Assembly: GCA_963753435.1 (NCBI GenBank)
Contig: CAVWCF010000004.1
Span: 1 to 12,209 of the forward strand
Direction: 5' to 3'
Source: an uncultured Actinomycetota bacterium
GTDB lineage: Bacteria; Actinomycetota; Actinomycetes; CAVWCF01
DNA: 12,209 nt
A model generated the notes under the pieces. It did not search any database and was not told the origin of the DNA. It saw nothing but the letters and a program-made list of their open reading frames with translations. How positions within the stretch are numbered: the stretch's first letter is position 1; each line of letters opens with the position of its first letter. Shown here one piece after another: positions 7,341 to 12,209 of this stretch. A program made the position numbers and the translations under genes.

Positions 7341-7368
7341 ATCGGATCGAACTGACTCCGATATCCTA
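7341..7368 (-). promoter_or_regulatory. Putative TA promoter -10 (TAGGAT, 7363-7368) with downstream inverted repeat ATCGGA-N10-TCCGAT (7341-7362), a candidate autoregulatory operator
   Basis: Both motifs are read directly from the 38-nt gap between the MFS stop and the antitoxin start. Their function is inferred. Confidence 0.5.
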
Positions 7369-8679
7369 CTGCTGCGCCGCCGGCTTGCCGTCGAATACGT
7401 GGGCGTTGTGGACGAAGCGACGGAACGTGAACGCGTGCGTCGCCTCCTCGTGGTCCGGGGGGTGCACGAGGAACGCCGCGATCGCCCCGATACCGCAGGC
7501 CGTCCCGCAGATGGCGAACGCGAGCGGGAAGTTGCCTAGGTCACCGAGCCACCCACCCAGGATCGGGAACACGATGCCGCCGAACCCGTAGGCGAGGAAC
7601 ACCCACGGGTAGTTGGCGCCGACGGCGGCGTTGCCGAAACGGTCGGCGGTGATCGCCGGGAACAGGGCGAAGTTGCCGCCGAAGTTGAAGCCGATCAGCG
7701 CGGCGGCGATGTAGAGGAGGTACTCCGTCCCCGCCATCGGGATGAACGCGAACATCAGCACACCCTGGGTCGCCGCCATGGTCACGATCGAGCGCTTGCG
7801 GCCGAGGCGATCGCTGAGGCCGCCCCAGGCCAGCCGGCCGATCCCGTTGGCCAGGCTGAAGAACACCGCCATCGCCGTGCCGGCCACGGCACTGGCCTCG
7901 GCCTCGGACAGCCCACCGTCGACCAGGGCCTCGACCGGGTACAGCTTCATCAGCCCGATGGCCATCAGGCCAGCGCCGGCACTGACGGCGAAGGTGAGCG
8001 AGATCAGGTGGAACTGCGGGGTCCGCAACATCTCCCGCGGGGAGTAGTCGATGCTGCCGGTGTCGGCGCCGGTGGGCGGGACGAAACCCTCCGGCCGCCA
8101 GCCCGCCGGCGGGAAGGCCATCGCGGTGGAGCCAAGGAGAACGAGCGCCGCGAAGACGACCCCGTAGATGGCGAACGTGCCGTCCAGGCCGTAGCGGGCG
8201 ATCAGGTTGCCCCACTCGCCGGCGATTTTGATCCAGCCCAAGGCGCCGAAGCCGAAGCCGGCCACGGCCACGCCAGTGATCAGCCCTTTGCGGTCGGGGA
8301 ACCAGCGCATGCCCACCGCGATGGGCACCACGTAGCCCAGGCCGATCCCGGCACCACCGATGATCCCCACGCCGATAAGAACGGTCCAGAAGCCGACCCC
8401 ACCGTTGAGGGCGGCCACCAGGTACCCGGCGCCGAGCACGACACCGCTGCCGACCGCGAGGCGTCTCGGTCCCCAGGTGCCCAGGCGGCGGCCGGCCAAG
8501 ATCATCACCAGGGCGAAGGAGGCCAGCCCGACGGAGAAGACGACTTGCGTCTGGACGCGGCTCCACCCCGCGTCGCGCAGCGCGGGGGTGAACACCGACC
8601 ACGCGTAGATGGCTCCCAGGCACAACTGGATGAGCACCGCCCCGACGACCACGCGCCACCGCGAATGCGTCATGCCCAT
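7366..8679 (-). CDS. MFS transporter, oxalate/formate antiporter (OFA)/monocarboxylate-like family
   Basis: About 12 hydrophobic segments, with LGAIYAWSVF, GIGLGYVVPI...RWFPDRKGL.TG.AVAGFG.G, NGIGRLAWGGLSDRLGRK and FGGNFALFP...FG...VGANY. Confidence 0.9.
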   Translation of the reverse strand: MGMTHSRWRVVVGAVLIQLCLGAIYAWSVFTPALRDAGWSRVQTQVVFSVGLASFALVMILAGRRLGTWGPRRLAVGSGVVLGAGYLVAALNGGVGFWTVLIGVGIIGGAGIGLGYVVPIAVGMRWFPDRKGLITGVAVAGFGFGALGWIKIAGEWGNLIARYGLDGTFAIYGVVFAALVLLGSTAMAFPPAGWRPEGFVPPTGADTGSIDYSPREMLRTPQFHLISLTFAVSAGAGLMAIGLMKLYPVEALVDGGLSEAEASAVAGTAMAVFFSLANGIGRLAWGGLSDRLGRKRSIVTMAATQGVLMFAFIPMAGTEYLLYIAAALIGFNFGGNFALFPAITADRFGNAAVGANYPWVFLAYGFGGIVFPILGGWLGDLGNFPLAFAICGTACGIGAIAAFLVHPPDHEEATHAFTFRRFVHNAHVFDGKPAAQQ

Positions 8680-8764
8680 CCCCTCACCAGACCTACGCCG
8701 AAACTAAAGGCTCAAGGGCTGGTGCGGAAACCTGCCGAACGGCCCATGCCGTCCGGGTCCGCGG

Positions 8765-9598
8765 TCAGGTGAGTTGCTGGGCGATCCAACGTGCCCGCAC
8801 GATCATGCCCTCCGGCGTGGGGTGCGAGCCGTCCTCCATGTGCGGCAACGACTCCCGCTCCACGAACTCCGCATAGTCCAGGTAGACGGCGTTGGGGTGT
8901 CCAGCCACAGCCGACTGGATTGCGGCGTTGTTCTCCCGCCAGGTGACGTTGGCCCACAACCGGTCATCCAGCCAGTGGCCGACCCAGTAGACCCTCGTGG
9001 TCTCGGGAACCGACGCCATGATCGTGTCGACGCCGCGAGCGAAGTCCTCCGGGGAGTCCTGTCCGGCGACTACGTAATGGCCCTCATCGTCGGTGCGCGC
9101 GCGCAGACCACTTGAGGTTTCCGTCGGCTCGGCGATCCGCTCGTAGGACAAGTTGAACGAATTGGTGCCAACCGCCATAACGACGGTCCCCGGAATGTCG
9201 GTTGCCGCAAGCACCTCATCGGCGCCGCACTGGGGCTTGTCCGCACACAGCGGAGTCCAGTCCGGACGCGGACCTGACAGCAACGTCCGTCCCCCCAGCC
9301 CGTCGATGGTGGCGTCCCACCCTGCGGCGGCCAGTTCGGTCTCCAGCGGCTCAAGGCCGCGCGTGGTGATGGAGTCGCCGATGAAGAGCAAGGTGTCGTC
9401 GGCTCGAGCGCTGGCGGTGACAGTCGGCGTCGCTGCGGCGTCCGGCGCGGGTTCCTCCGAGCTCACGGTCGAACCGGTGAGCTGACGAACCAGCAGGATC
9501 AACAGGAGTAGGCCCAGGGCACCCAGCACCCACACGAGCCACCGGCCTCGACGCGGACCTGCGCCGCTGTCGGGGGAAGCGTCCAGCCCACTCGTCAC
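8765..9598 (-). CDS. Membrane-anchored SGNH/GDSL hydrolase-fold protein
   Basis: N-terminal TM helix and Pro/Ala/Thr linker, then block I FIGDSIT, block II GLGGR, block III AVGTN and block V DGSHP. Confidence 0.85.
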   Translation of the reverse strand: MTSGLDASPDSGAGPRRGRWLVWVLGALGLLLLILLVRQLTGSTVSSEEPAPDAAATPTVTASARADDTLLFIGDSITTRGLEPLETELAAAGWDATIDGLGGRTLLSGPRPDWTPLCADKPQCGADEVLAATDIPGTVVMAVGTNSFNLSYERIAEPTETSSGLRARTDDEGHYVVAGQDSPEDFARGVDTIMASVPETTRVYWVGHWLDDRLWANVTWRENNAAIQSAVAGHPNAVYLDYAEFVERESLPHMEDGSHPTPEGMIVRARWIAQQLT

Positions 9599-9605
9599 CC
9601 GCCTG

Positions 9606-9611
9606 ACGTTA
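9606..9611 (-). promoter_or_regulatory. Putative -10 element (TAACGT) of a leaderless SGNH transcript
   Basis: The minus strand reads TAACGT-caggcgg-GTG(9598). Confidence 0.55.
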
Positions 9612-9677
9612 TCCGCGACGAGACGTCTGGCCGAATACCGATCGGTTGAGTCGCGCGTTGGTGCGGTGTGCCGGCTG

Positions 9678-10331
9678 CTACTGGCTCAGGAAGCGGACGA
9701 ACCAGTCGCGCGCCAACATCGCGGCCGTTTGCAGGGTGCCCGGCTCCTCGAACAGGTGCGTGGCGCCGGGAACGACTTGCAGGTCGCTGGGGCATGTCAT
9801 CAGGGACTGCGCTTCGCGGTTCATCTGCAGCACCGCGGTGTCGCGTTCCCCGACGATCAGCAGGGTGGGGGCCGCGACTTGTCCCAGCCGTTGGGCCGCC
9901 AGGTCCGGTCGCCCACCGCGGGAGACGACGGCGGCCACATTCGCGTCCGGTTCGGCCGCCGCCCACAGCGCGGCACCGGCCCCGGTGCTGGCGCCGAAGA
10001 ACCCGATTGGCAAGTCGGCGACTGCTGGGAAGTCGGCGGTCGAGGCGGCCGCGGCCGTCAATCGGGCGGCCAGTAGCGGGATGTCGAACACGTTGCCGCG
10101 GTCGCGGGCTTCGTCCTCGGTCAGCAGGTCGAAGAGGAGGGTCGCAAGCCCGGCCTGCTGCAGCACCTCGGCGACGAACCGGTTGCGCGGGCTGTGTCTG
10201 CTGCTGCCACTGCCGTGGGCGAACAGCACGAGACCGGCGGCACCATCGGGCACGGCGAGGTTGCCCGGCAGCGGGACACCCACCGGGCCGACGATGACCT
10301 CCTGCTCGGGTGTGCGGGGCGCTGCGTCCAT
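9678..10331 (-). CDS. Dienelactone-hydrolase-like alpha/beta hydrolase (type often fused to phosphoribosyltransferase domains)
   Basis: Motifs VLFAHGSGSSRHSPRN, GFFGASTGAG (Ser nucleophile), VVSRGGRPDLA, LIVGERD and PGATHLFEEPGTL. The start at ATG 10331 is 6 nt after CAGACT. Confidence 0.88.
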   Translation of the reverse strand: MDAAPRTPEQEVIVGPVGVPLPGNLAVPDGAAGLVLFAHGSGSSRHSPRNRFVAEVLQQAGLATLLFDLLTEDEARDRGNVFDIPLLAARLTAAAASTADFPAVADLPIGFFGASTGAGAALWAAAEPDANVAAVVSRGGRPDLAAQRLGQVAAPTLLIVGERDTAVLQMNREAQSLMTCPSDLQVVPGATHLFEEPGTLQTAAMLARDWFVRFLSQ

Positions 10332-10337
10332 GCACCC

Positions 10338-10343
10338 AGTCTG
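10338..10343 (-). promoter_or_regulatory. Putative -10 element (CAGACT) of a leaderless hydrolase transcript
   Basis: The minus strand reads CAGACT-gggtgc-ATG(10331). Confidence 0.45.
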
Positions 10344-10376
10344 GCTTGCTTGAGTGACGCGGTTCACACCAAAGCC

Positions 10377-10405
10377 TGTATCCCTTGGGCTTGCAGTGGC
10401 GTCTA
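10377..10405 (+). promoter_or_regulatory. Putative ECF-sigma promoter TGTATCC-N16-CGTCTA upstream of the DUF2892/ECF genes
   Basis: A CGTC -10 core and TGT-starting -35 element with 16-nt spacing are typical of ECF promoters. It ends 33 nt before the DUF2892 ATG. Confidence 0.6.
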
Positions 10406-10438
10406 TGCCGTGTCGAATCGAAAGACCCGGAGGACACC

Positions 10439-10675
10439 ATGAACCGCAATGAAGGAACCATTGACCGTGTTATTCGTCTCACCCTCGGCATCGCGCTGGG
10501 CGCGGCGGCGCTCGCCGTCGGATTCGGGAGTGCGTTGGGCGTTGTTTTCGCCGTGCTGGCGGCCATCATGCTGGTGACCGCGGCTACCGGCTTCTGCCCG
10601 CTCTACCGGGTGTTCGGGCTGAGCACCTGCCCGCGGACAACGACTGGGCAGGACCAGGTCCTATCCGGCCGGTAG
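10439..10675 (+). CDS. DUF2892 (YgaP-like) small membrane protein
   Basis: MNRNEGTIDRVIR, two TM helices, then TAATGFCPLYRVFGLSTCP. A GGAGGA SD precedes ATG 10439. Confidence 0.9.
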   Translation: MNRNEGTIDRVIRLTLGIALGAAALAVGFGSALGVVFAVLAAIMLVTAATGFCPLYRVFGLSTCPRTTTGQDQVLSGR

Positions 10676-10678
10676 CGT
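10673..10678 (+). promoter_or_regulatory. Putative -10 element (TAGCGT) for a leaderless ECF sigma transcript, overlapping the DUF2892 stop
   Basis: TAGCGT-cggaatc-GTG(10686), with no clear SD before the sigma gene. Confidence 0.45.
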
Positions 10679-10685
10679 CGGAATC

Positions 10686-11459
10686 GTGGATCGCGCAGCC
10701 CTGGCGGAGCTCCTTCCAGCCGAGATCCCCGGCCTGTACCGGTTCGCTCGCACCCTGACCCGCAGCGACCACCAGGCCGAGGATCTCGCGCAGGAAACGT
10801 TGGTCCGGGCCATCGAGAAAGCGGAGACGTTCCGCGGCGACTCATCGTTGCGAACCTGGCTGCACCGCATCCTGCACAACCTGGCCGTTGACCGGGCCCG
10901 GCGCGACCGGGAAGTCCCCGTCGATCAGGTAACTGACGAGGTCGAGGCGCTGTGGCGTGACGACGCCTACACCGTCGACGCCGAGACGGTCGTGGGTCGG
11001 GCGGAGACGCGCGCGGAACTAGAGGACGCCCTGCTACGGCTGCCAGTCATCTACCGAAGCGCCGTCCTGCTGCACGACGCCGAAGGACTGACTGTGCGCG
11101 AGATCGCTGACCTGACCGACGTCGCCGTCCCGGCGGCGAAGCAGCGCCTGCGGCGCGGTCGCATGATGTTGGTCAGTGCGCTGGCCCGCGGCGCCGAGCG
11201 GCGCGAGGCGTTGCGTGGGGTGCCGCTGCGCTGCTGGGATGCACGCAGCCAGGTGAGCGACTACCTCGACGGCGACGTTGCGCCGGGGACCGCGGCGCTT
11301 CTGGAGGCGCACCTGGCCTCCTGCCCGACGTGCCCTGCGCTGTACGCCTCTCTGACCGGCACGCGCAGTGCGCTCAGTGACCGCGGCGGCAGCCTCAGGG
11401 ATCCGGACACCGTCGTTCCGCAGCATTTGGCACAGCGCATCTCTGACTCCACGCACTAG
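10686..11459 (+). CDS. ECF sigma-70 factor with fused C-terminal zinc-finger anti-sigma (zf-HC2/ZAS) domain
   Basis: Region 2 (LYRFA..LT...AEDLAQET...FRGDSSLRTWLHRILHN), region 4 (LP..YRSAVLLHDAEGLTVREIA......AAKQRLRRGR), then C183...SDYLDG...H209-LAS-C213-PT-C216. Confidence 0.92.
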   Translation: MDRAALAELLPAEIPGLYRFARTLTRSDHQAEDLAQETLVRAIEKAETFRGDSSLRTWLHRILHNLAVDRARRDREVPVDQVTDEVEALWRDDAYTVDAETVVGRAETRAELEDALLRLPVIYRSAVLLHDAEGLTVREIADLTDVAVPAAKQRLRRGRMMLVSALARGAERREALRGVPLRCWDARSQVSDYLDGDVAPGTAALLEAHLASCPTCPALYASLTGTRSALSDRGGSLRDPDTVVPQHLAQRISDSTH

Positions 11460-11523
11460 GGGCGGTGCCACTCCTCAACGCAAATTCATGCGAGCACGGC
11501 TGTCGCGCGAGCGCTGATGCGGC

Positions 11524-12209
11524 TCAACGCCAGATGGCTGCCGGGAATCCGTCCTCGAAACGTTCCGGTACGGGCGGGATCGACTCTGCAGTGCCGCCCA
11601 GGACGCGCATCGCTGACCAGGCGGCCGCAGCCGCGTCCAACAGATCGTCAACGCCGGCATGGCGACCGGCAATGCCCGCGTCGTCAGGGAGGTCCAACCC
11701 GTGGGTTTCCAGCACTCGTCGGCGACGGATCATTCCCGCCCAGGTCTTCTTCGACTCGACAAGCGGCTCCCCAGCCATCGCGGCGAAACTGAGTTCCGGA
11801 TGGACCTCTACAAGCCGCAGCGATGTCGTCCGGCGCCACGAATCGACCTCGAGGATCTTGTCGCGCAGGGCGTACGACTGTGCAGAGATCCCCGTGCCGG
11901 TGAGTTTGCGGTTGGTCGCGAGGGCCGTTGCGAAAGTGGGCGCCATCAGCGCTTGCCGCACCGGGGTGGCGAAAACCGTTGAGCCGCGGCGGCCTAGCGC
12001 CGCGCGCGCACCCAGGTCTGCCTGCCGGTGGCCGTGGTCGGGAAGCCCGATGGGGATGTCGACCCCCACGACAGCAGGTTCGGCTCCACTCGCTGTCGCG
12101 GCCTCGCGTACGACCGATTCGATGTCGGCCCCGAACACCGGAATCCCCACGTTGGTGCCATCCCAGGCCACTCCGACCCAGCCGCCACGGCAACCGTCGA
12201 CGCCGAGCA
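11524..12209 (-). CDS. DUF429-family predicted nuclease (RNase H-like fold); 5' end lies outside the window
   Basis: The frame stays open to the window edge, reading LGVDGCRGGWVGVAW, then VGVDIPIGLP, VFATP.R, LVEVHPELSF, SKKTWAG..RR and DDLLDA.AAAWSA.R. Confidence 0.88.
   Translation of the reverse strand, partial: LGVDGCRGGWVGVAWDGTNVGIPVFGADIESVVREAATASGAEPAVVGVDIPIGLPDHGHRQADLGARAALGRRGSTVFATPVRQALMAPTFATALATNRKLTGTGISAQSYALRDKILEVDSWRRTTSLRLVEVHPELSFAAMAGEPLVESKKTWAGMIRRRRVLETHGLDLPDDAGIAGRHAGVDDLLDAAAAAWSAMRVLGGTAESIPPVPERFEDGFPAAIWR

Noticed and set aside
5651-7368. TA module as part of a mobile element or defence island
   Set aside because: No transposase, integrase, tRNA, terminal repeats or target-site duplication were seen.
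7541-8772. ORFs 7541-8659 (-) and 8008-8772 (+) overlapping the MFS gene
   Set aside because: They are off-frame or antisense shadows with no domain signal.
9595-10569. 324-aa minus-strand ORF overlapping the hydrolase and DUF2892 genes
   Set aside because: It is an alternative frame with low-complexity Arg-rich composition and conflicts with two well-supported genes.
11460-11523. Gap between the converging ECF and DUF429 genes, as a terminator or small RNA
   Set aside because: No convincing stem-loop or known motif is visible.
1-12209. CRISPR arrays, tRNA/rRNA genes, tandem repeats
   Set aside because: The window is almost fully coding, the intergenic gaps are about 110 nt or less, and no periodic repeats were seen by eye.

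Overview
High-GC DNA, probably from an actinobacterium (inferred from gene content, codon bias and frequent leaderless TANNNT-N6/7-start promoters), with about 15 genes. From left to right: a LipJ/Rv1900c-like alpha/beta-hydrolase-class III nucleotide cyclase fusion; a hemerythrin-like protein; a four-gene type III PKS phenolic-lipid/prenylated-quinone cluster (PKS, ICMT-family methyltransferase, FAD hydroxylase, divergent UbiA prenyltransferase; srsABC/agqABCD-like); a small WDEEH-motif hypothetical gene; a RES-Xre/MbcTA-type toxin-antitoxin pair; an OFA-type MFS transporter; a membrane-anchored SGNH hydrolase; a dienelactone-hydrolase-like protein; a DUF2892 membrane protein; an ECF sigma factor fused to a zinc-binding anti-sigma (ZAS) domain; and a 5'-truncated DUF429 RNase H-fold protein. 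The best leads for something undescribed are (i) the DUF2892 + ECF-ZAS fusion module with an ECF-type promoter, (ii) a leaderless 7-codon uORF coupled to ubiA, and (iii) the cyclase, which lacks its hydrolase nucleophile and has swapped purine-specificity residues. No rRNA, tRNA, CRISPR array or transposase was seen. All family calls come from motif recognition, not from database searches.
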